This document shows, piece after piece, positions 39,038 to 49,736 of a DNA stretch of 64,000 bases. Position 1 is the stretch's first letter. Each line of letters begins with the position of its first letter. Below the pieces are notes generated by a model. It saw only the letters and a list, made by a program, of their open reading frames with translations. It was not told the origin of the DNA and did not search any database. The position numbers and the translations under genes were made by a program. Source of the DNA: Vicugna vicugna (taxonomy: Eukaryota); NCBI GenBank assembly GCA_013265495.1, contig MU058134.1:1-64000 (forward strand), given 5' to 3'.

Positions 39038-40575
39038 AACTAAAAGAAAAATAAAGGCAAAATCGTTATACTAAGATGCACCCCTTCCATTCAATGAAAG
39101 ATTTTCTGAACTCTTATAGAGTTGACTGTTGAGTTGATAAGCAGTTGTAACATATGAGGTCATAAGATTTGTCAAGACCACTAAAAACAAACGGACATCA
39201 AGTGAGACATCAGAAGAGAACGAAAAGTGAGCAGTGGCTGTAATAAAAGCACACACAGCAGCAGGAAACACAGTGACCATTTTCAAGAAGCGAACGTGCT
39301 TCCTGACTCAGACATGAGTCATCATCTGAGGAACAGCAGCTCAGTAAAATGCAGGCAGGACTCCACTGTAATACTACGTAAAGACACATTTTCCTGACCT
39401 TTAAAACATATTTCTTCATTCAAAACCTTAAGTGATGATCAGAGACTGAGGCCAGCCTCTAACCTTGCAAAGATATTGGAATATCATCACAGTGTGAAAG
39501 CTCCAGTGGCAATAATGTGGCGATAGAAGAATGCACCCACGGAGGGCAAACAGGAAGCCACAGACGTTCCCTTCACTTCACACTTGCTCAGGGAACACTG
39601 AGCGTCCCTGTCCCCTGTCACCCAACACACAGGCGGGGCAGGTGGGGAGAGAGATGGGCTCACCAATACTTAACCTTTCTGTTTTGTTATTGAAGAGAAG
39701 AGTTTATAAATTGTCATTTGCTCATTGAGAATATATTGTTGTCTTGCTCAATGAGTTCTTACTATAAAGATAGTATTTTGCAACAAATTTCCATTTCAAA
39801 ACTAATTTCTGTTCAAGTTAGTAATCTAAAGGGTAACAAAGAAAAGACTCCTGGGTTCTTGTCCAGGCAGGCAAATAAAATGTTCAGTGACTAAAAATTC
39901 CTGTTAGGTGTGATTAAAAGGACACTGTCAGGTACTTTAGTAATACTCACAGTGAGGACAGTCCTCCAGACAAATACAAGAAAAGCAAAAACTCCCCAGG
40001 AACCAGCAGTAACAGTTAGCTTCCACAGAATTTCATAAACATCAGGCCCAGGATGGAAAAGGTCAGGCAGAGTGTGGAAGACCTGAAATAATATTGGAGA
40101 TAACGAGGAACCTCAAAGACATTCACAGTGTATCTGTCACAGAGAATCATCTTTAGAAACCCTCAACCACACCCCTCAAATAGCTCCTCAGAGAGGCGAG
40201 AAGGGACACTTGACTTCAAAAGGATTGGGAGGATGCTGTTGGGAGTGTGGGTATGTTTACTGCCTTTGTTTGGTGATAGTTCCATTGCTGCTCACATATG
40301 TCAAATATCAACAAGCTGCATCATTGGGAAGGTGCTGATATTACATGTAAATACACCACACTAAAGCTGCAAAAACATATGACGCACAAAATGTTGCAGA
40401 TTTGGCTTTGCTGACAGGCACGTTGCAAATATTTTTAAAATAGTTAACAGAACTTAACTTATGAATGCAGAAGCCAACTTGAAATTGAAAATAAGCAAAC
40501 ACAAACCTACAGGGCATGGGACGCCTCCATCTTCTATTGGATGTTCATGAAGTACCTGGACAAACCCCTACCCTA

Positions 40576-40626
40576 NNNNNNNNNNNNNNNNNNNNNNNNN
40601 NNNNNNNNNNNNNNNNNNNNNNNNNN
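40576..40626. other. Assembly gap (51 N)
   Basis: Run of n. Confidence 1.
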
Positions 40627-42142
40627 ATATGGTAAAGAGAGATGTACAGAGATGTATTTCTACATTTATAGACTGGACATGAGAGTAAGCAGACCAGCTC
40701 TTAGAATAATGTCAAAATTACTATTCCAACAAAAATTAATGATATATTTTAGCCCAACTATCTAAAAACCATGGAGGTTTTCTTCAATATTCACTTTGGT
40801 ACTGAACCAGAGCACGTAATGTCAGACTTCTGAAATAAATAAGGATTTGTATAGTTAAGTAATCTTGTATAATATGATTAAAACTCTAAGAATGAAGTTA
40901 CATAAAAAGAGAACTCAAAATAATCAGTACAAATAACTCACATGCATATTTCACAGTATTGCACCTACGTCCATTAACAGCCACCATGAAAATCAATTTG
41001 TATTTCTGGAATGTACAGTCACCAAAACAAAAGGCAAACACATAGTTTTGTAAAAACCAGATTTATAATATAAGTATTATAGGAGGGAATAAATGCACAA
41101 TGTAATCTGTACTAATCTAGACACCAAGTTTCAGTCTTGTGCAAATAAAACCTCTCTAGAAAGCAGCCTCTGAAATCAGTAACACTGTCACTGTCAGCTC
41201 ACAGTTGCGGTCAGTAAAACATGTGCTGCTGGAAAACACGCACTGTCTTTGCATAGCTGCTGTCTGAGAGAGCAGTGGGTCTCAGCACAAAGGAGAGACA
41301 TGCAGGTCAAAGGCACAAAAACAAATACCATCTAGTCACTAACTGGTAAAACCCCCTCTGCCGTGGGCATGCTTGTTACACATGGCACTGTCTGAGCACT
41401 GACTTCAGCAGCTGCCTCCTACCTAGAGTCTATCCATCAGGGCCGATGGACTCAGGTTCTATCAGCGGCCATGAGCAACGGTGGAGAAGGACAAGTTAGT
41501 TTATCCAAATGCTCAAACACGTGGTAGGGAAAGAGGGCTTAAGTAACCTAGGAGAACTCAGCCTCATTCCCTCTGAGGGAAAAAATTCCAACAAAGATGA
41601 CATAGAAATGCCCTCCTTAGTAGGCTCAGAAGACACAGAACAGACTCTTCTTTGGGTGGAGTGTTCATGTGGCATTGATTCTGCTTCAGTGCAAGGATTG
41701 TTCCTGACACTCAATTTTTCCAGGTCTGTAAGAATCTGGTGCAAGCCTATCAGGACAAACCCACTTAATCCATGAGGTGTTCTTTTTCCTTTTTTGGGGT
41801 GTGGAGGTGCTTTTTCCTGATAAGAGTGAAAGTTTCACAGCATGTATCTGAATTTTCTTTATATTTGGACAATTCTAAGGACATGAAGGACCCTTTCTGC
41901 TTTGGGAAAATCAACACTCTGCACATGGACACTTCACTAAAGAAAGGATGACAACTCATCCACCTCCTGGTCATGTCACTCCTAGGCATTTCCCCATTAT
42001 AAACATCCCAGCAGGTTGCAGCCACTGATTTTCACATCGGCTGGCTTCTCAGGGCTCCCACCAACCTAGCTGGACATAGAGTCCCCAGGGGCAGCCTCCA
42101 AGAGGAGAAGGAAAGGGATGACTCAGAAGTCGCTGGATGTCC

Positions 42143-42507
42143 AATAGAAATAAAAGCAAAAATAAACAAATGAGATCTAATTAAATTTGGAAGCTTTTGC
42201 ACAGCAAAGGAAACCATAAATAAAACAAAAAGACAACCTACAGAATGGGAGAAAATATCTGCCAAAGATGAGACTGATAAGGGCTTAATTTCTGGAATAT
42301 ATAAGCAGCTCATAAGACTTAATAAGAAAAAAATAAACAACCCAATCCAAAAATGGGCAGAAGACCTACACAAGCATTTCTCCAATGAAGACAAACAAAT
42401 GGCCAATAGGCACATGAAAAAATGCAAAAAAGCATTTCTCAAGACAAACAAATGGCCAATAGGCACATGAAAAAATGCCCAGTATCGCTAATTATCAGAG
42501 AAATGCA
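42143..42507 (+). mobile_element. Internal LINE-1 ORF2 fragment, truncated at both ends, with a local duplication
   Basis: aaataaaagcaaaaataaacaaatgagatctaattaaa...agacaacctacagaatgggagaaaata. The string aagacaaacaaatggccaataggcacatgaaaaaatgc occurs twice (~42388 and ~42441). Confidence 0.93.
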
Positions 42508-45023
42508 CCCCAGTGCCCTTCATAAAAAACAGCTCTACTGAGATACAATTCACATAGTCTCCCATTTTAGGCATACAACTCAATGGCTTTTAGTACATTC
42601 ACACTTCCTTCTTTGATGCAATAAAGTAACTATTTCAGGTTTCTTCCTGTCAACCTGCTGTGTTTGGTCCAAGAGGTCGTGAAAGGACCCAGATCTTGAT
42701 GAGGATGCTGGTGGCCATGGCCACTCCAGGCTGGTCAAGAAACCTGTCCTGAGGCCCTTGGTCTTCACCAACAATGCGTTCCCATCAAGGACCCCATGAG
42801 AAAGCAGCTATTTAACCACAGTGTGAGAGCCCAGGAATAAGGAGGAAACCCCCGATGCCTGATGCTTACTCACAGTTGTGTTTTTATATCCACTACACCC
42901 CCAGCACATGGGGCCAGGAAAGCAGCCCCATCAGCTCCATGTCGCGGTCCTCTCAGGGCTCTGGCAGGAGGTGGGGTGGGAGGAAAAGGGACGAGGAGGG
43001 GTGGGGAGGGGTTGGGGACAGAGTGTGACAGGAAGAGGGGTTAGACACTTGGGAGAAGGGGGTCACGGAAAGGATGACGGGTCAGGAAAACAGCAGTTCA
43101 ACTGAGCTCTCAGGAGCAGTTGGAGACTCCAACTGCCTTCTCCGGTTTGAACGATGCCGTTGGCTTTATGCCCTCTCTCGACCAATCACCTGCCTTTGCC
43201 CCTGGCATCTCACAGTGTACATTCTGGGTGACGTCACTTTTAGCATACACCCCTGCTAACTGATCCCCCCTCCCCCACCAACTGCCATCCAACCCTGGGG
43301 TCCTCTCTGCAAACTTTTCTGACCTTATGTTTTCTGGCCCTGCCCAACCCAGGTTCCCTGCCCCCCAATTCTGGGTGCTCCCTTCTCCTCCAAATTCCCA
43401 GGGTTTCCCTTGGGCAGTGGCTGTAAAAGATGTAAGGTAAAGAATGACAGAACCAAGAGGAATCAAATATACAGGCAGGGTGGGAGGTCCTCACTCCCCT
43501 TCACTCAGCACTTCATACAAAAGGCAGAGAGAACGTCCACAAGATGGAGAAGATCGAAACAGCCAACCATCCTAATCACATCACCACACCCATATGGCCG
43601 TCCTTATCTATAGTAAACCTGTAGGTGACACATTCATTCCAGGTACATGCGATACATGCATAAAAATAAACCCTATTATTTTTGCCATATATGTAACTAT
43701 ACAGTGTAATTCTATATTGTCACACCCTGCACTCTGCACTCGGGTGACTCACGTACACCCAGGTCCAAGGAGGCAGAAACTACCCGGGTGGGACAGAAGC
43801 AAAGTTGTGCTTTGGGGCAGAACTGGCTGTGAGGGGGCCTGAGAAATCCTTCTGGGGTGGTGGGAAGATTTGGTATCCAGATATGGGGGGTGGTTGTGTT
43901 CACTCAATCAAGAAATACTGAGCATGTGGGGCTTGCCAGTCTCAAGGGTCAGAGAGACCCTCATATCTGTCCCTGTGAAGTGGCCAACTGCTGACAGTGA
44001 GGAAGGGATGAGGTGCTTGGAGTGGCCACGGGAGTCCAGTGAGTGGGCCTGTACTAATCCAGGCTTTGTGCCCCAGCCCTGCCCTGCCAGCTGCCCCCAG
44101 AAGCCCCAATTCCAGGCAAACTCTCAGGAGGACTGAGGGCAGCAGCTCCCTCCTAAGTCTCAGGAGCTCAGGAGCTCTTAGTGAGAAACGGGCAGGGGAC
44201 AGTCAGTGGCTTGGGACTCTCTGCCACTCACAAAGGAGTTGGGTGAAAATATCTGGCTCCTTACATGTCCCTCAATCCAATCCCCCAGGAGCCCCTTAAG
44301 CCCACAAGGCCCTCCCTCCCTCCAGGTGGGGAAGGTGGCCAGCCCTGCAGCAGCTCTGGAGCCCAGGCTGGGTCCAAGTCAAGCCACCAACAGGTCAAGA
44401 TGTGACTGTGCTGCCCAGAAAGAGGGGGGAACAGCGGTGCAGCAGTAAATACCAGCAGGAGCAGCCTCTGTAACTGGCTCCTCCACTGTGAGCAGGGCTG
44501 GGGCCACAACTTGGCCGTGAGGGTGGGAGGGCTGAAAAGGGTGGGGCCCTGTGGCCCTGGACAGGGCTGGACCAGAGCGCAGGGCCTGAGGGCCTGGGGG
44601 GAGAGACAGAGAAAGGGACAGGCAGGGAGAGAGACAGTGCGTTGAGTGACTGAAAGACAGGCGGGGGTCAAGTCCTAGAGAGTGACAGGAAGTGACAGAG
44701 GGGGACCAGGTAGGGAGAAGCAGAGACAAGAGAAGGCAAGAAGGAAAGAAGGAGCCAGCCCACAGTTGTCGGTGGCACGTTATCATGTACACACAAACAC
44801 CGTGCGGAGTGAAGCCAAGCAGTTCTCTCTCTATTGATTCTTGTAAAAGGGTTCATATACGACATGCACAATGCCTCACATACCACCTAGGTTATAACAG
44901 TGTTAATAATCTGAAGCTATTTAGGATCCCAGGCTCCAGGTTCCCAGGCTCCTGCAGTAAGCACAGGATGTTACATGATCAAGGACAGATTGTTTTAAAG
45001 TTCATCACAAAACTTCATTAAGC

Positions 45024-45253
45024 AGGCCATCTCTGACCCAGCCGGCCGTGCCTGTCTTAGGTTGTCCTCCTCTGAGGATCTTACCCGTCACTGGCTACCC
45101 AGCCGTCCACACTGGACACACTAGTGTAGGCCACGTCTCATCCAGCCGGCCGTGCCTGTCTTAGGTTGTCCTCCTCTGAGGATCTTACCCGTCACTGGCT
45201 ACCCAGCCGTCCACACTGGATACATTAAATAGGCCATCTCTGATCCAGCCGGC
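45024..45253. repeat. Tandem duplication, ~104-bp unit, ~2.2 copies
   Basis: gccggccgtgcctgtcttaggttgtcctcctctgaggatcttacccgtcactggctacccagccgtccacactgga at 45041 and 45145; partial third start near 45231-45253. Confidence 0.95.
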
Positions 45254-45259
45254 TACATG

Positions 45260-45437
45260 ACATTTCTCACAGGTTGTTTATCAGGTCAGCCCACGGCTTA
45301 TTCTCTAGAGCCTTCAGGCAGGGGCCTACAACAGTGCATGGTGGGGGAAGACATCTCTCACAGGTTGCTTATCAGGTCAGCCCAAGGCTTATTCTCTAGA
45401 GCCTTCAGGCAGGGGCCTACAACAGTGCATGGTGGGG
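45260..45437. repeat. Tandem duplication, 91-bp unit, 2 copies
   Basis: acat(t/c)tctcacaggttg(t/c)ttatcaggtcagccca(c/a)ggcttattctctagagccttcaggcaggggcctacaacagtgcatggtgggg at 45260 and 45351. Confidence 0.95.
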
Positions 45438-46384
45438 GACAAAGGGCCAGGGTGGCCTGACTCTGGGAAGGGGCCCAGAGTGGAGGGGGCAGAAAAGGCA
45501 GGAATCCTGGCCTCACAGTCCCTCCCGCTCTAAGGCTCTCACCTCCCTGGAGCTGAGCTCCCCAGGGGTCACTGTACTTGCAAAGACCGGTACCTCCCAT
45601 TTTTCTTGGGACTGCTGGTTCCAGCCTCTGTGTCTGTCCCTGTTGTGGCTGACTTCCAGGAGAATGGGCTGCCCCTGGGGAGGAAACTCCAGAGCCTGCC
45701 CTGTGGGGAGTTGACCCCGACTCCTCACAGACCCAGTGGTGTTGCATTTCCAACCACTGCTAGGCCTTCCTGGCTCCACAACCAGGCTTCATGCACTATG
45801 CTGGCCTCAGGATCCCCCGGCCTGGAGGGACTGAATCCCATCCAGGGTGAGCAGGCTCAAGGATACTGGGTCTCCTCCTACTGTCAACCAGAATTCCTTT
45901 CAACCCTCAGGAGTAGGGACCCCCTGTAAATTACCAATTAACATCAGGTCAAAGGTATTGAGGTCTCACACTGAGCAATACAATGTGCCAAATGACTAAA
46001 TTCAAACTGCAGTGTTCCAATTACTCATTCTCAATAACCCATTTTATGGATGAGAATTCAGAGGGGTTGTGAGTTACCTAAGGATCTCAGGGGTGATGAG
46101 TGCTGTAACCTTACCTTGAACCAAGATCGACCTTGTAAAGCGATTCTACCTGGAGCCCATCCTGTGACCTGCTCCCTGAGGTTCTGAGGAAGACCACTGG
46201 CACAAGTTGTCTCAGGAAAATCCTCTTTCAATGACATTAAGTCATGCATCAGTCAGGACAAACAGGGTGAGGATGTGTTCACGAGTGACCCTGACTCCTA
46301 ACAAACGGCAAGTCAATTTTACCTCAGGAAACAGGTCTTCTATTATCATTAAGTCAGGCACCAAGGTAAATAAGAGTAAAAACA

Positions 46385-46625
46385 GGGAGAAGAGAAGCAA
46401 GATGGCGGAGTAGAAGGACGCTCGTAGTTCACCCTCTCCCACAAACACAAGAAAACTCAGATCTAAGGACCTACTCAGGCAGCCAGAGCACCTACCAAAC
46501 TCCGACACTACATCACCCTCTTCGCAAGACAAAGATGCCAAAAACCTGGTAGGAAAAAAGGAAAAAAGAAAGAAGAAAAAGCAAAACACTGCAGGAGGGA
46601 GTGGCAAAGGAGGACTGGTACTCGT
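46385..46625 (+). mobile_element. LINE-1 5' end (promoter/5' UTR) fragment
   Basis: GGGAGAAGAGAAGCAAGATGGCGGAGTAGAAGGACG with the YY1 site CAAGATGGCG (46398-46407), preceded by an A-rich target-like sequence. Confidence 0.75.
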
Positions 46626-47510
46626 TCGCTGGGGTGTTCTTCACTTCCCTGACAATCAGAGGAAACATCAGAGGACCCAAAAAAGTAAGAATGGAAACCC
46701 ATCGAGATGGAGGAATCTGGCTCATTGGACATGAGGCTCCAAGGACACACAGCGCCCTGAAGCCACGCCATCTCATCAACAGTCACCAAGAGACACTGAC
46801 CAGGCAGGGCCCTCAAAGACTGAAAGAATGAAAAAGCTGGAGGACAGGACCAAAGGCACTTCTTCCCAAATTCTATCAGCTGTGTTTTGCCCACAACCTA
46901 CCAAAGTGCCCCCCAGGACCCTAGCACAAACACCATGGCCGGATGTTGTACCACCTTTCACGGGAGGTCACAGGGCTGGTTTGTGTGTAAGGAATTCCAT
47001 TCACCCACGATATGGTTTCTCACAGGAAATTCAATTTTCAGTCCATTTCACCCACTAATTAGGACTTCACTGACATTGTTAACGTTAAGTTAACCAGGAG
47101 AAAGCAATTCAGATACTCTGAGGTAGGAGGGAAAAACACCTCTCAGCCTCCTGGAGTCAAGTAAAACTACACGGTGTTTGTTGCAGAAACCACAGGTCTT
47201 ACGCTGAGTTTCAAACACACTGCACATCATGACTTTTTCTATGACCACAATCCATCAGTGTGCGTGGAACGGAACCAAAGCAGAACGGATGGATGGTGTC
47301 CACCAGGGGACAGGCCCCGAAACATTAGCCTGGGCTTGGGGGCCCAAAGGACGCATCCGGGATGTGCTGTGGGGCTCAGAAACCCCCTGCCAGAACCAAA
47401 CGGCTTAGTAACAGCACCCCATCCCACTGCCTCCTGGGAAATGTCCTCTGAGTCTGGACATCTGAGTTGGGACCTCAGCTGTGCCCCTGACCATCCACAC
47501 CGTGGCCCAC

Positions 47511-47717
47511 CTGAAGGAGTCGCGGTAGCTCATGGTGTCATGACCCGAGTCCTCCCGATCCACATCAGACAGCTTGCCGCACACTTTCTTCATGCCCCCG
47601 TGGTCGGTTCTGTCCATCTCATTTTCTTCACTGACGAGCGGGGGCGACGAGGCCTCCTCGGCCTAGCGGGGATCGCAGGACCCACCTGAGGTGGGCTCCG
47701 TGAAGGTGGACGGAAGC
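47511..47717 (-). pseudogene. PREX1: Isolated PREX1-derived exon (207 bp) with an in-frame stop
   Basis: tttccccccacag|G ... CAG|gtgggc. Reads [67 protein letters not shown], matching recalled human PREX1 ...[42 protein letters not shown]...[18 protein letters not shown] at 47663-47665. Confidence 0.88.
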
Positions 47718-49485
47718 CTGTGGGGGGAAAGACTCTGAACTTAAAGGCACAAGTGTGTGGCTTCACTCACCCCTAGGAGGCCCCGGGCAAGGCCCTGACC
47801 TCAGGCCACACCTCTGACCCTAAGCAGACCCAAAGGCTCTCTGTCCCTACCCTGAAAATCCTGCCAGCAACTCTGCAGATGTGCATACAGAAACTCGGCT
47901 AGAATCACAGCCACTGATTGCACAGAGGGAGAGGAGGGGAGGCTTCCAGCCTCTGATCCAGCTCATGAGGAGCTCAGAAGTCGCTCCTCCTGTTCTGAAA
48001 AACAACACTAGAGCTGAGGGAGCTGCAAACCCATGGCTCTTCTTAGATCCACCACAAAACTGAGGGGAAAAGCTGCTCCCAACCCAGAGAGGCAGCCGGG
48101 CAGCCTCGGAGAGTCACAGCTCCCAGGGCAGAGCCCGCTGCTGTGAGAACCGCCGGGGCAGGCAGATTTAACAGGCCCCTGAGACCAGCGGGAGGCTCAG
48201 TGTGGGGAAGTCTGAGCATGACAACTCCAGGGGGGCCAGTCAGAGGGCCCCCTGTTGTTTTTCATGCATTTTGCCTCCAGGACCCCCATGTTCTCAGAGT
48301 GAAGATCAGAGAAAAACCCCTCATGCTTCCTGCCAGGGAAGGAGAAAACAGCTCAACTGAAATACACCCAGAGCACTCTGTTCCATTTGGTGGGGGGCGG
48401 TTGTGTTTTGTTTTCAATGAGAAATTATTTTACCAGAGCCTAACCAACCTGGGGGAAGGGAAATACCTTCTGTGTCACCCAAATTGGGGTGGGGGGAAAG
48501 AGACGCACTTGTGGAGGTCACAGCTCAGGGCACAGGCCCAATGAGAACTAATCACAGGACTACAGATGCCCCCCTCTGTCCCGCCCCATCAACGCCTCAC
48601 CTCCATGTCAGCAGGGCCCCTGTGTAATAACGGGGATAAAGCTAAAAGAAGTAAACGTCTCAGCACTGAAGGAGTGTCTAGGGAAACCCAAAGACAGCGG
48701 GGAGATGAAAACAAGGACACACAGGCGGCTTTAGCCTCTCACACCAATGGCTGCAGCGAACTGCACGCAGCCCAGGTAAACAGAAAACGTCACGGAAGCA
48801 GCTATTTATTTTGGTTCCCTTACCCAGTGCATCCCACGACGCATCCTCGCCTAGAATTTAGTGGAAGCAATTCCGTCTTAGAAGGAACAGAACTGAAGAG
48901 GGTTGGTCTTCCAGCCCCTGAAGGGCAGGGATAGCACCAGCCTGGGTGAGAGCAAGGTGGGGGTGGGGGGTGGGGGGCTGCCTTCTTCCCCAAATAAGGA
49001 AACTTCCTGAGGCCAGCACAGCAGGAGGGAGGGCCATGGGGTTGAAGCTGCCAGACTTCTTCCTGAGAACTGATGGGATGCCTCCAAGGGACCATTCAGG
49101 TGCCCTGAGGGCGGGAGCAAGTCGGTCTGCCTCAGAGTCCAGGACTGAGGTGGGCGCACAGCAGGCCGGTCTTACTTGGCTGGATCCATTTCACTTCTCC
49201 AAGCCCCGTGTAAAACATGAAGCGTGGACGGCCTGGTGAGCACAGCTCTGCCCTCAAGACCGGCTTCAACTCCTCTCTTCCCGGAGCACAGCATCTCTGA
49301 GCCCGTCCTGGGTGACCTCACAGAGATCACCCTAGTGGCCCTGCCTAGTGGCAGGGAACATGTACCTTCCCTCAGCCAACCCCAGACGTCCACTGTTGCA
49401 TCATGTACTGGCAAGAATGTGAGTCCCTGTGCACTGGTGCAATGGTAGAGGCTCTGCCACAGGCCCAAGAGGTGGTGTGTGGGAC

Positions 49486-49688
49486 ATGCAGGGGTGCAGG
49501 GGTGTAGGCGGTGCAAAGGTGTAAGTGGTGCCAGGGGTGCAGGGGCTGTGGAGGGTGCAGGCAGTGCAGGGGTGCAGGCAGTGCAGGGGTACAGGAAGTG
49601 CAGGGGTGCAGAGGTGCAGGAGTGCAAGTGTGCAGGGAGTGCAGAAGTGCAGGGGTGTAGGGAGTGCAGGGGTGCAGGGGTGTAGGGA
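49486..49688. repeat. Degenerate (GGGGTGCA)-like simple repeat
   Basis: Repeated gtgcagggg / gtgcagga / gtgtaggg units of 8-9 bp. Confidence 0.9.
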
Positions 49689-49736
49689 GGTGCTCAGGCA
49701 CGTGGCCAGGATCAGAAAGCAGGTGCACTTCCTCGC

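Noticed and set aside
40562..40575. CCCTA-like repeats beside the gap as interstitial telomere
   Set aside because: Only two units, and not CCCTAA.
45024..45437. CRISPR-like array
   Set aside because: Head-to-tail duplications with no unique spacers and no cas genes, in a mammalian context.
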